This document shows, one piece after another, positions 1 to 11,815 of a stretch of DNA of 64,000 nt. A program made the position numbers and the translations under genes. The first letter of the stretch is position 1. Every line of letters starts with the position of its first letter. Location of the stretch: contig JAGIQG010000006.1 of the NCBI GenBank assembly GCA_024679065.1, forward strand, positions 78,740,001 through 78,804,000. Reading direction: 5' to 3'. The DNA is from Sphyrna mokarran. Taxonomy: Eukaryota. The notes under the pieces are model-generated. The model had not been told where the DNA came from. It was given only the letters and a program-made list of their open reading frames with translations, and ran no database searches.

Positions 1-399
1 CAGTCGGGAAAGCTCACCCTTAAAGCAGCAGTGGCCCCACAATCAATATGTTAAATATCCCTCAAAACATCATCCACCTTCTAAATTATGTTACTTTGCC
101 AGGTTACAACAATGTTACATCTCTCCTATGTTGCCACAATTAGTGGATGGGGTTAACCTCAGCTCCAGAATGTTATAGCTCTGAAATGAATGAAAACTTA
201 AGATAGTATAGGGCATTTGGAGAATTCTTTTTAAGATGATGCAACTAAATCTGATCTAAGTTTGAGGGATAAATTGACCTGAGGCCACTGTGCCATGTAG
301 AAGCTTTGGAAGAGGCGGACCATCTTTTACACCTCCTCCTCAGTACAGATCAGTACATGATACAAAAGACAAAAGCTAGCCATTAAAAAGACAGGGAAT

Positions 400-3247
400 A
401 AATTCAATTTTAGAATATAACGTGCGGCAATGCAACTATTGTACAAATAAAGTACAGCAATCATTAACTTTGCAAAACCAGATGACAAATATCCTCGCGA
501 GTCAGCGATGCTAACACAACTTGACTACAAGTCCTGTTCCGGCTTACAAATCTGCTTAAATTAGAATTGGTTATAAATCAATTAAATTTCACAAACTCTT
601 TAACAAACAAAATTGAGGAAAACAGACACTCCTGTTTAAAACTCTTTCTACCTCCAGTTCTTTCCCACAAACTGGAGTTGTATGAACTCAACTTCAAAAA
701 CACTGTCCAAAAGTATGTGGACTTAAAAATCATTACTGTGCAATATTATTTGTTGATTTTGTTCCCCCCCACCCTCATTCCCACTTAAAAATTGCAATAC
801 TATGCTGACCACATAGATGCATACCCAACCAGGGACCAGTGGAATTAGTAACTCTGGCATGACCATATTATTTAATTTAAAGGGCTGTCAGTCACTGAAC
901 ACAAACTATACCACCTCCAACTATACAAAGATGTTGAACATTAAGCAAAACAACGACCTGTGGGTTCATACATCTCCAGTTAGTCTAACTGTTCCATAAA
1001 ACAAAGTACACCGCGAAGTGACATCAGCTATGACATCAACTCAAACCTAAAAATAAATAAGTTTCAATTACAAAACCTAGTTAACTGATGAAGGAAGTCT
1101 TGAACAGAAACCAACTGGCATGATTGGCTTGGAAATGCATAAAATCTCTTCTGTTTGGATGCCGAGGCTAGACTGCTTTTCTTTTTTGGAAAATGACTGA
1201 ATAAATTAATCTTGGTTGCTTCAGCCAAAGCTGTAACTGTGTAGATGTAAAATATATGCAACTATGACAGCTGATAGTCTATACCATAACGGCATTTCAA
1301 GCTCATCAACTTACAGAATTAAAATCTTCATGCAGTAAGTAAATATTTAACTGGTAAAAAGGCAGAAAATATTGGATTATGGCAAAACAAATTGTCGTCC
1401 AAAGAGGACTTTTCTTTTAAAGACACTGCGACAAAGCAATAACGGCAAGCTATAAAACTGCAATGATTATAATAAAACTACTGATACACAGCAATACAAT
1501 TTAGTGTTGCCAACAGGAAATTCAACAAAACTTCTTCCATCACCAAAAATCACCCAGTTCAAACTTCACAAAACAACTAAAATTAATGAGTACCACATTT
1601 CTCTCGTAGAGCCCTACACCTGCAGTTTACCAATTAACAATAGGGCAGGTAATTTGTTATTTAGAAATCAGCATTTTCACTGTTTCTTGGGCTTATTACA
1701 CAAGGTTGTAGTACGTGGGCAGCAACATGCACTACACACAGTAAGTGCAGAAATTCAGGGCATTTGTTGTGTGATACCAGTCGTGTCAAATTATTTACTC
1801 CAAATCAAAATTCAGGCCTCACAGGATTGCTTAAGTCCATTTGATGGAATACAAGTTGCATTTCAACTCACACAAAAGGTGTAATCTGTCAATACAAATT
1901 CTGGCACAGAAGTCTTTAGCCTCCTGTACTTTTAGTGCTATTTAAAAATAAAACAAGCCTAGTGCTATACCTTCATGTTCACTTCAGTAAAATTAAACTT
2001 CAGCAACAATGCTTAAGCGCTGACGATCATCTACAAGATACAACTATCTCTAGTTAAGTCAGATATTACAATTTTCCAATAGCTGTGAAAGAGGAAATAA
2101 ATGTTTCACCTAGCTGCATACAGGTCAAATTACTCTTTTTCAAATTCCATTAGCAAGATTTTTAAACTACTATAAATTAAGTATACAGTAATCTACTTCA
2201 GTGGTATTTTCAGAGAATGCTATGTTCTACAGTATGTCAATACTTGGTCCGTGTCATGTATATTTTGAAGTTACTGTAAGTATCTGCAACATATTAATTT
2301 GAGTTCCAGTAATAGGTAAATATGAGGCCATATTTTTTTAAAGTGGTTCCCATTTCATCAATTTCTCTCTTCCAATTTCTATAGATCATGTTTCAACTAT
2401 GATAAAGGTGGGTTGTGATTACTTATTGCAGCTAATGGACAAAAAACACAGATCACTGCACTATCCTTTCCAATATACAAGCAGTTCTCAAATAGCAGAG
2501 CTCGGTGAACATGCTATCAGTGCATCCGAAAGGATTGCTGAAAAGTAGTTATAGAACTCAGCAGCTTAAAAAAAAATAATAACAGAGCGATAGGATTTAG
2601 TCAATGACCCACGATAAAATAGACTGAGTGCTGGAAATCTAAAGTATAAACAAGAAATTATAAGAATACACTTGCAACTTAGATAGTGCCAGGAAGTGAA
2701 AAAGTTAAGCTGTCATCGCAGGATTTTTTTTGTAAAGATATTCCTTCTGAAAAAAAAAGTCAACTTGCTTTCCCTTTCTTTTGGATGCTAACTGAATTCT
2801 CATGAGTACGTCTATTAATGTTGCCAGTGTTAAAAGTGTATACTGAAGCATAACAGAAGTTTGAGATCACAAAGGAAGATCTCAGAAAGGCGCTGCTCAT
2901 CTTACATTCCATCAAATAGTGCGAATTTTGCACTATAAATGCAAGTTAAATATTCCTGCTACACCTAGAATTCAGCACCTGCAGATGCAAATCTTGCCCT
3001 ACATTATCTGATCCTTCAAAGCTTTGCAATATTTTCTAAACTAAAACTTTACATAAACAAACTTCTTCCGGTCAAAAAGTGCATAACACTGGTGCTCCTT
3101 CAGGCAAGAGCAACAACATTCATCATCTTAAGTTCTACAATAATAGCAGCCTATTAAAAGCAAAATATAAGGTGCATGACTTGTCTAGTGATCTAGTAGG
3201 ACCCTAGTTCACAGACAGTTCCATTTCATAAAATGTATGCATTGCAG
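400..3247 (-). other. ZNF367: Probable long AU-rich 3' UTR of ZNF367
   Basis: Repeat-poor, U-rich minus-strand sequence downstream of the stop codon. The poly(A) site cannot be determined from sequence. Confidence 0.5.
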
Positions 3248-3482
3248 TTACTGGCGCAACTGTGCTTCAGTTAAGTTCGCCAGCTCAATGAGAGCCAGAG
3301 CCCCATGCAGTCGCTCCCGTTGCTCTTGCATACGTCGGCATGCTGCAGCATGTGGCCCATTTTTCTCCTCATCTTCATCTTCATCAGACTGTATGAACTC
3401 CAAAGGGTCTTGCTGCTCCTGGTCAGCCTTCTGTCCAGTAGTCTTTACAGGATGGGTACGTTGTTCTCGGGTCTCCCAGTAT
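3248..3482 (-). CDS. ZNF367: ZNF367 exon 5, last coding exon (YWETREQRT...QEQRERLHGALALIELANLTEAQLRQ*)
   Basis: Acceptor ttctag|A TAC TGG, stop TAA at 3250-3248. Matches the ZNF367 C-terminus. The five exons sum to 903 nt (300 aa + stop). Confidence 0.96.
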
Positions 3483-3585
3483 CTAGAAGACAGAATTCAG
3501 AAAGTTAGCATTTCCAGTTTAACAAGTTTTTCGTCACATCCAACACTGGGAAATAAACCACTTTGGAAGATCCATTTTTAATCAT

Positions 3586-4170
3586 CAATCATAGAATCCC
3601 CACGGTGCAGAAGAGGCCATTCAGTCCATTAAGTCTGCACTGACTTTTTGATACAGCATCTTTCCCAGGCTCTCTTTCCCACTGTAAGTGCAGAAATTCA
3701 GGGCATTTATTGTGCAATGCCATGTATGTCAAATCATTTGCTCCAAATCAAAGTCCAGGCCTCACAAGATTGCTCAGGTCCATTTGATGGAATACAAGTT
3801 GCATTTCAACTCACACAAAAGATGTAATGTCAAACATTCTGACACAGAAGTCTTTAGCCTCCTGTACTTTTAGTGCTATTTGAAAATAAAACAAGCCTAG
3901 TGCTATACCTTCATGTTCGCTTCAGTAAAATTAAACGTTAGCATGCCTCACACATTTCCCATGGCCAATCCATTTAACCTACACATCTAGTGACACTAAC
4001 GGGCAACTTATCACGGTCAACCCACCTGTCCAACGTATCTCTGAAGTGTGGGAGGCAACTGGAGCACTTGGAGGAAGCCCATACAGACATAGAGAGAAGG
4101 TACAAACTCCATTGACGCAAAGTTGGAATTGAATCCTGCCTGTGAGGCAGCAGTGCTAACCACTGTGCCA
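3586..4170 (-). mobile_element. HE1/V-SINE-type tRNA-derived SINE, interrupted by an insert at 3684-3943
   Basis: Reverse complement of a GGCACAGTGGTTAGCACTGCTGCCTCACA head, V-domain-like GGTTTCCTCC core and CR1-like TCTATGA tail. Confidence 0.8.
3684..3943 (+). repeat. Direct copy of ZNF367 3' UTR segment 1741-2005 inside intron 4
   Basis: Colinear match from GTAAGTGCAGAAATTCAGGGCATTT to CTTCAGTAAAATTAAAC at both loci. Confidence 0.93.
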
Positions 4171-4892
4171 ATTTGCAATAGCTGGAGGCCTTTCTTTGGC
4201 ATTATTTCATCCAAACACATGTACAGCTTTCCCAGAAATACATACCTAACAATTGATCTTTTAAAAAGGAGCTCTGGGGGAAAAAAGCACTTAAAAATAC
4301 AACCAATCTCTCTCCACGGAATAACAGAAAAGTCCACAGCAAATTCAGTGAAGAGAACTTCTTCTGCGGTATAAAAACTAATCAATTTGCTGTGTCACAA
4401 TTAAGGTGAAGATAAATGGGATCACAATTTACCAAACAGAAAACTAAAAGTTGGGGATAAATACAGAGATCCAGAATAGACCAATCAGAATCCAGACACA
4501 TAGCTCTGGTAAATCAACACAATGAACCTTAGAATATAACTCACCTTACAAACCAGCTACTCAAAGTGCTCTCACTGATCCAAAATTTTACCATTTACAA
4601 CATGCTCAAAGCAGTAATCAAAACCTGATTTGTTCTCCCTTCACTATTAGATCAACTACTGAGACAGTGGGTGGGTTTCAGCATCCAACTGTAAGACATC
4701 TAATTTTCAAAAGGGGCAGTGTCCAGCAGGTTGCACCTTTCTTCTCCAAACTTCAATCTGAATCTATGGAATTGTTTCCAGAGTGAATAATTGGATATTT
4801 TAGCAACACGTGATAATAATGGATTATTAGTTGATACACTGAAAATAAAAATAAACCTTTTTCCAGAAGATATTCTTTCTAAACATACTCAC

Positions 4893-5031
4893 TTTGCCAG
4901 CCATTCTGCAACAGCCTTGTTGTCTGCAGCCTGTGTTTTGTTAGCTCCATTGGACACTTCATCTCTCCGTAAACGTGCATAAGGATGTTTGGTGCAGTGG
5001 CGGTTAGCATGTGTAAACCTGCTTCCACAGC
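4893..5031 (-). CDS. ZNF367: ZNF367 exon 4 (GCGSRFTHANRHCTKHPYARLRRDEVSNGANKTQAADNKAVAEWLAK)
   Basis: Boundaries gcgcag|GC and AA|gtgagt, 139 nt. Matches the ZNF367 motifs SRFTHANRHC.KHPYARL and AADNKA.AEWLA. Confidence 0.96.
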
Positions 5032-5544
5032 CTGCGCAGAAAACCAGTGATGTTACGCCACTTTTCTCATACAAACTGCATCGCTCTTTAACAACGTAAT
5101 TCAGAGGAAATGATTCCCAGAGCTAACACTACCTTAATCCAACTCTCAATAATTGAAACAACATTCAAGATCTGATGCAATCAACTTACATTTCATATGT
5201 AGCAACTCTACACTCCAAGAGCCAAGCTGTAGCCTGTGCCCTGGGAGAGCAGGTGCTCAGCTAATAGAGGAAGTGCTGAATTAAGCAATAGGTTCTGTTC
5301 TGTAAAGTTTCTTTCTGGCTTGCCATTCCCTACGCCTCTGTTTCCAATACTAGCATCCACATCCTGTGCAAGCCTCATTAACAATGCAACCCTGCGCTTC
5401 ATGCCATTAGATTCTAAATATCTTCAGTCCAGAATGATTTTGCTTGTGTTTGCAGAATTGCCTCATTTGCAAAAATGACAGTGAACATAAATGCATCAAT
5501 GCCTTAGTGAAAGATGCTCCAATTTGTACATTACACCCTCCTCA

Positions 5545-5889
<345 letters not shown>

Positions 5890-6822
5890 TTAAAACTGCA
5901 CCTGCAGGAATTATACAACTAATATTCTTACCAAACTAAGGAAGAACCTTTACAATATTTAACTACATAAGAATCTAAAATTACAACAAATAATTAATCA
6001 TCTGAAGCAAATACTCTCCACTAAAATAGTTATTCTGGCTATACCCAGTTATTATTCAGTTTAAACAAACAAAATGTGAATGATTAAGGTTGGAGTCCTG
6101 CCTTGTTTTACACATCCCTTCAGTGCAATATTCTCAGTTGGTGCTAATGACTAAATTTAGGGCAGCTCTCAATTCTATATGGAGTCAAAAGGGGTTAAAA
6201 TGAGATCATCACAAGAAGAAATGTCCAGATGTTTTTTATTGTCTCATGCAATAAAAATAGTTATTCTTGTTTCAAGTTAATAGATCAACTGCCACTAAGA
6301 AGTTGAAATTTGTTCAGTTGTGCAAATATTCAATGTTATGATAATTGTCACACATCCAAATTTACATTATTTAAAAGCCAATCATTTCCAATTTAGAAAG
6401 TTTTCAAAAAAAAGCCTATAACTTCCTGGGTTCCCAGCATTACAGGGCTTCTTTTATAGGTCAAACCAAGTAAACAAACTCAAATTACATTAGGACAAAG
6501 TAAAAGGGGCAGCTCCCCAAGTGCTAACTTCCCCTGGGCAATTGTGCTGGACAAAGAACCATCCAACAACTTTGGATGGTTCAGCCAGTTTTACCCTGAT
6601 AACCACTCCTGAACAGTTAGAAGGGGGAAAAAAAACAACACTTCTAACTCCAGGGGAACTATCTAAGCACCCAGACCCAGCCTCTCATGGGGCCTGCCAT
6701 CCACCTCCCCCTCATCAGGGGCAGCAGCCATTATAGCAGCGCAGTCCCTTCCCCCTACTGCCTCTTCCTGGTAAACCACTTAGCAGTGAAATTTACCCAT
6801 ACCCTTTAAACATCCTTTTTCT

Positions 6823-7150
6823 GGGCAGCACAGTAGCACAGTGGTCAGCACTGCTGCTTCACAGCTTCAGGGACCTGGGTTCGATTCCGGCTTGGGTCAC
6901 TGTCTGTGTGGAGTTTGCACATTCTCCTTGTGTCTGCATAGGTTTCCTCCAGTTTCCTCCCACAGTCCAAAGATGTGCAGGTTAAGTTGATTGACCATGC
7001 TAAAATTGCCCTTAGTATCCTGAGATGCTAAGGTTAGAGGGATTAGCAGGTAAATATGTAGAGACGTAGGGGGTAGAGCCTGGATGGGATTGTGGCAAGT
7101 GCAGACTCTGAATGGCCTATTTCTGTACTGTAGGGTTTCTATGATTTCTA
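6823..7150 (+). mobile_element. Near full-length HE1/V-SINE-type SINE
   Basis: A box TAGCACAGTGG, B box GGTTCGATTCC, TGTGTGGAGTTTGCACATTCTCC core and CR1-like TTCTATGATT tail. Confidence 0.85.
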
Positions 7151-7615
7151 CATCTCTTTACAGCAGCTATTTCCATATAAAAGTGGAGTGTCTCGTCTAT
7201 CCATATAACTTATGAATTCTGTTAAGAATGTCAATCTGGATATGCAGGCAAGAATGAGCAATGAATCTGGTTAATAATAGGGGTACAAGGTCAGAAACAA
7301 AGCTGAATGATCCAATAAGTTTATCACTCTGAAATTGATAACAGTTTAAAATAAAACTTTGAAGAAAATTAAGAAAAACCTCATGAAAGTCAAAATGGAA
7401 AATAAAAGTTCTGCAATGTCTTCTGCTGTTTACATTGATTATTCCAGGAAAATTGCTACTAAGTTATGGGCTGATGATATAACAAGCTGCAAAAACTAAA
7501 ATCTTCTACTGGAAGATTTAATTTAAGAATGAATTGTGCTTAATACAGGTGATCTGTTTTTGCAAGGATTGTGGTAACCATCATGTGCTACCCATGTAAA
7601 AGTTTGATATCTTAC

Positions 7616-7766
7616 CAGTGTGTGTTCTCTTGTGAGCTTGTAAGGATTTCTCGCGAGGAAACACTCGGTTACAAATATTACAGCGGATTCTGCTCGAGGA
7701 GTGTTCGCCCTCGTTTATCAGATCACGGATGAGCTCTGCTCTTGGCCGGCCACGTCTGGTCCCATC
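7616..7766 (-). CDS. ZNF367: ZNF367 exon 2 (DGTRRGRPRAELIRDLINEGEHSSSRIRCNICNRVFPREKSLQAHKRTHT), C2H2 finger 1
   Basis: Boundaries ttatttcag|GAT and ACT G|gtaag, 151 nt. Near-identical to the known vertebrate ZNF367 sequence. Confidence 0.96.
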
Positions 7767-8359
7767 CTGAAATAAGGCACCCCGATTTAAATTAATAACT
7801 TACTCTCTCATTAATATCAGAGGCACGTAGCATTGGTTGATGTTTGGTACAATAGACAAGATTGTGAATTGCCCTGCCAAATATCTTCCACATGAGCCCC
7901 TGATGCTTTCTTGAAAACAAATTGAGAACATTTTTCAGAATTCTCCAAACCAAGCTGAGGAATCCAGTTCGTTTCTCAGAGTCCAGCATAGAAAGCACAC
8001 TCTCTCCCCTCTTAAGACTCAAGCCACTTACAAAGCTCAGGGAGTTCTGCCAAAGTTGGAAATCTTCAGCACTGCCTTCAACTATTTGTAGTGATAATAG
8101 TGGGCTTAAAACCACATAGCTCAACAGTTCTCACTGCTTGTTCAACCTCCTATCTTGAAGTATGGTGAAGTCGAATGGGGAGAATGGTTGTCCCCAGTAA
8201 TAGGTTTATCTACTGGCAATCAGTCTACAGCAGCAGAGGCCCTAACTTTCAGAATTCAGCCTCTAAACATACAGATTTTCCTTTAGGACAGTCCTGAAAA
8301 CTCATTGTTTCCTGTCTTGTTCCTTGGCTCGATACCAGTTTTGTTTTTAAGATGTTTTA

Positions 8360-8652
8360 ATATAGAAACATAGAACGCCTATAGTGCAGAAGGAAGCCAT
8401 TTGGCCCGTTTTACCTGCTCCAACAACAACTCTACCAAGGCCCTATCCCCATAATCCCACATATTTACCTTGCTCATTTCCCTGAAAGCAAGAGGTAATT
8501 TAGTATGGCCAATTAACCTAACCCGCACATCTTTGAAAAGCGGGAGAAAACCAGAGCATTCAGTGGAAACCCACGTAGACACAGAGAGAATGTGCAAATT
8601 CCACACGGACAGTGACGTAAGCCAGGAATTGAACCAGACCCCTGTGCCACCC
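8360..8652 (-). mobile_element. HE1/V-SINE-type SINE
   Basis: Reverse complement of the same family as 6823-7150. Confidence 0.8.
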
Positions 8653-9084
8653 CAACTATATTATACTTTTAAGTTGTTGTTGCTGTCATCCAATTGGGCA
8701 CAATAATAAGCCAGTGATACCTGACCAACCAACTAACAATGACCTGAAACATTGTGAACCCATTCAGATAGTCTGCCAGGTAGACTTACAACCTTTCAAT
8801 CACAGACATCATCTTAGAGGCAAAAGAAACCCTGGAGACTATTTCCTACTCTCTCCTATTCTAAAGAGGATTAGTGAGTAAATGGTCAACATGTATTTGA
8901 GGGCTACAAGACTGGCACCAGCTGCACAGTGAACAGCACAACTTGGTTTACAATGTAGGAGTACAAAGCCATCCTGGTTATAGCATACACTCAATAAAAC
9001 CATAGCTCCTGCACTTGTAGCTGCAGACTCAGAAGTAGCTGCCTAACCCTACAACAAAACTGTTGGTAGGCAACTATATAGTGA

Positions 9085-9370
9085 TATACAGGTTTACAGC
9101 ACGGAAACAAGCCCTTCAGTCCAACTTGTCCATGCCACCTCTAACTCCTAAGCTAGTCCCAATTGCCCATATTTGGCCTATATCACTTTATACCCATCTT
9201 ACTCATGTAATTGTCTAAGCTTTTTAAAAAACAAAATTGTACCCTCCTCTATTACTATTTCTGGCAGCTTGTTCCAGACATTCATCACTGTGTGAAAAAA
9301 TTGCCCCTCTGGACCTTTTTGAATCTCTCCCCTCTCACCTTAAACTATGTCCTCTAGTTTTAGAACTAAA
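9085..9370 (-). mobile_element. CR1-type LINE 3' end fragment
   Basis: ACAGCACGGAAACAAGCCCTTCAGTCCAAC tail motif plus RT C-terminal coding remnant. Confidence 0.65.
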
Positions 9371-9569
9371 ACTACAGTTGAATGGTTTGACACAGGAACT
9401 ATTTTTTAAATCCTGCGTGTGTGTGACACTATTTATGAATCAGATTGCACATCTTTTTAACAAAAACAAAAATCACCCGACTGTGACTATCAGGTATGTC
9501 CAAAAGGGAGCAGCCGGGTAAGTGTTGCAGGCAGACACGGAGGAGTGAGGATGAGAGGGTCTCTTTAAA

Positions 9570-9910
9570 CAAGTCAGCGGGAGGAAGCTGCCTGCTTCTT
9601 TTGGCGCGCTGGAGTTTTGACAAGCTCTCCAGGAAGTGATTTCATTCATTTGAATCGCTCAGTAAATGAATCAGCAGCAAGGGCGGCGGGAAAGTAACTG
9701 GAGCCGGATTTAAATGTGTAAACTGGCAGCGGGGGAAGAGGGGGTGTTGAAGCAAGGTCTGGGTGTAAAGGGCAGTCGCGGAATGAAGCTGCCCCTTTGG
9801 GCACTGCCACTCTTGTTTATCGCCTCCTCCATTGCCCCTGTACACACACACACACTGAAAATAGGCGCCAAGAGCAGCCGGACAAACTCCACAGTTACAG
9901 CCCGCCCGCT
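9570..9910. promoter_or_regulatory. E2F/ETS/CHR-like motif cluster in ZNF367 intron 1 (candidate enhancer)
   Basis: TTTGGCGC 9600-9607, CAGGAAGTG 9630-9638, TTTGAA 9649-9654, GCGGGAAA 9686-9693, GGCGCCAA 9864-9871. CpG-enriched relative to its flanks. Confidence 0.5.
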
Positions 9911-10174
9911 CTAAAAACACACCCTTTAAACTCCAACTATTCAAAACTGTTCCCTTTCTTCTAACAAGAAATCCCTTAAATCGAAAACATTCGGATCGCA
10001 GTGCAGAATTTAAGCTTAAGCAATGTTTTCTTTTAAAAATTTTTTTTAAAAAGTCTGCTGGAGTCTGTTTCACTCCCTATCCTGGTACTAATAATCTGCT
10101 GTCTGTTGTGGCTTTTTTTTAAATATGCGTTGGTGGGGGAGGTTGCTCCTACCGATCTTCACTCACCGACCGAC

Positions 10175-10432
10175 CTGTGAAAGATGATCCAGTTCCCGGT
10201 GCAGAGCGGCCGCTGTCCCGCACTGGGCTTCCCTGGCGCCGGAGCCGGTGAACGGGGCACCGGGGCTGAGGGTGACATTGTGGGCGTTCTCGCCCCAGCG
10301 CCACGGGTACACCATGAAGTCACTGAAGCCGGGGCTGGTGGGGCTCAAGTCCAGACGCTTGGGTTTAATCGGGGTGGTCTTAATGACCGACACACGCCGG
10401 GGAGAGCCGCCGGCCATCTGGTTGTCCGCCAT
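10175..10432 (-). CDS. ZNF367: ZNF367 coding exon 1 (MADNQMAGGSPRRVSVIKTTPIKP...TSPGFSDFMVYPWRWGENAHNVTLSPG...HLSQ)
   Basis: Contains the ZNF367 signature SPGFSDFMVYPWRWGENAHNVTLSP. ATG in a GCC-ATG-G context. The phase-0 donor CAG|gtcggt matches the phase-0 acceptor of exon 2. Lies in a CpG island. Confidence 0.9.
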
Positions 10433-10499
10433 GGCAGGGGAAAGGTGCCCCGCAAGCAGAGGCGGGCGAGACGGTGGGAATGAAATAAAGCGGCGGGGC

Positions 10500-10770
10500 A
10501 GCTTAGCGGCCGCTCCGACACAATCTCCCGCGTTTGAGCATTTCCCGCCTTTTCTGCGGAGACCAACCGAACGCGGCGACGTCACAATGCCTGATTGACA
10601 GCCCCATTCATGGTTTGGAACGTCCAGCCTCAGCCAATCAGCAGCCCGGCTTTTACCCGCCGGAATCCGCCGCCCCCACCTCCCCCTTGCAAAAGAGCCG
10701 CCGACTTGTGTTCCTTTCTGGTTAAAGAGACAAGAGAGGCGTTGGCTGAGTGCCGCGTTATGCAAATAAT
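10500..10770 (-). promoter_or_regulatory. ZNF367 CpG-island promoter
   Basis: E2F site TTTCCCGC 10541-10548, CRE-like GACGTCA 10578-10584, CCAAT 10634-10638, GC box near 10670 and octamer ATGCAAAT 10760-10767, all directly upstream of exon 1. Confidence 0.7.
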
Positions 10771-10811
10771 ATTGTGCATCTGCTCGGGGTTGGGCATGCA
10801 TGACAGACAGT

Positions 10812-11046
10812 AAGAAGTTTCACAACACTAGGTTAAAGTACAACAGGTTTATTTGGTAGCAAATGCAACTCGCTTTCGGAACTGGCTGTAGTTCCGAAAG
10901 TTAGTGGCGTTTGCTACAAGTATACTGCCCCTTCCAGTTCCGAAAACCAATGGCCTTTGCTATCAAATAAACCTGTTGGACTTTAACCTGGTATTGTGAG
11001 ACTTCTTACTTTGTTTACTCCAGTCCAATGCCAGCATCTCCATATC
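10812..11046. mobile_element. Palindromic Penelope-terminus-derived element just upstream of the ZNF367 promoter
   Basis: Arms 10812-10863 and 10956-11007 are reverse complements. Shares the CCAAATAAACCTGTTGGACTTTAACCTGG motif with the 3' end of the 44704-45850 element. Confidence 0.7.
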
Positions 11047-11677
11047 TTGCATAATAGATACATAGTGTATTTATGTGATCCTTGTCTGCACAAAGCTCAA
11101 TGCTGTGCTTCTGGCACTATGCTTATTTATAGACAAGTCTTAATAAAAACAACCAAAACGCTGCATAAACACAGCAGCTCTGGCAGTGCCTGTGCTGAGA
11201 TAACAGCATTTCAACTCCACGCAACACTTCTACAGATTTGCAGGGAATTTTCACAGCAATTTCATTGCCGTGTTAATGTAAGCCTACTTGTGACGCAAAT
11301 AAAAAAAAACTTTAAATGATGTCTGTGTAGAGATAGTAACATGGATAACAACGTTTCAAATTCATACGACTCATACAGTTCTGCAGTCTGTTCAGAGTTA
11401 GTAATAGAAGTAATATTTCGAATCCATATGACCCTTCTAACAGCTGCTGAGTTCATCCAGCGTTTTCTGTTTTTCTTTTCTTATTTCAGGTTTCCAAAAT
11501 CTTATTTTGATGTTATAGATTAACAGACCAAAGTCATGCTGGAAAATTAAAGAATGTCAATGAGCAGGTCAGTCAGCAAGTGCAGAGAACTGAGAATTGT
11601 GCTGAGTCACAAGTTTGCTGAATTTGTTGGTTGATATGTACCAGACCAATCAACTTTTATAAATAAGACGGTAGCCA

Positions 11678-11815
11678 TGATGTGGAGATGCCGGCATTGG
11701 ACTGGGGTGGGCTGGTCTCACAATACCAGTCTCATAATACCACTGAGTTCCAAAAGCTCATAATTCCAAATAAACCCATTGGACTTTAATCTAATATTGT
11801 GAGATTTCTTACTAT
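11678..11815. mobile_element. Short Penelope-terminus-derived remnant
   Basis: GATGTGGAGATGCCGGCATTGGACTGGGGTG and CCAAATAAACCCATTGGACTTTAA motifs in opposite orientation. Confidence 0.6.

Noticed and set aside
3076-3082. miR-17-family seed match (GCACTTT on the minus strand) in the ZNF367 3' UTR
   Set aside because: A single 7-mer in about 3 kb is near chance expectation without conservation data.
10433-10801. 123-codon in-frame N-terminal extension of ZNF367 shown in the ORF track
   Set aside because: It runs through the CCAAT/CRE/E2F promoter motifs and has no similarity to ZNF367. An open frame is expected in a GC-rich island.
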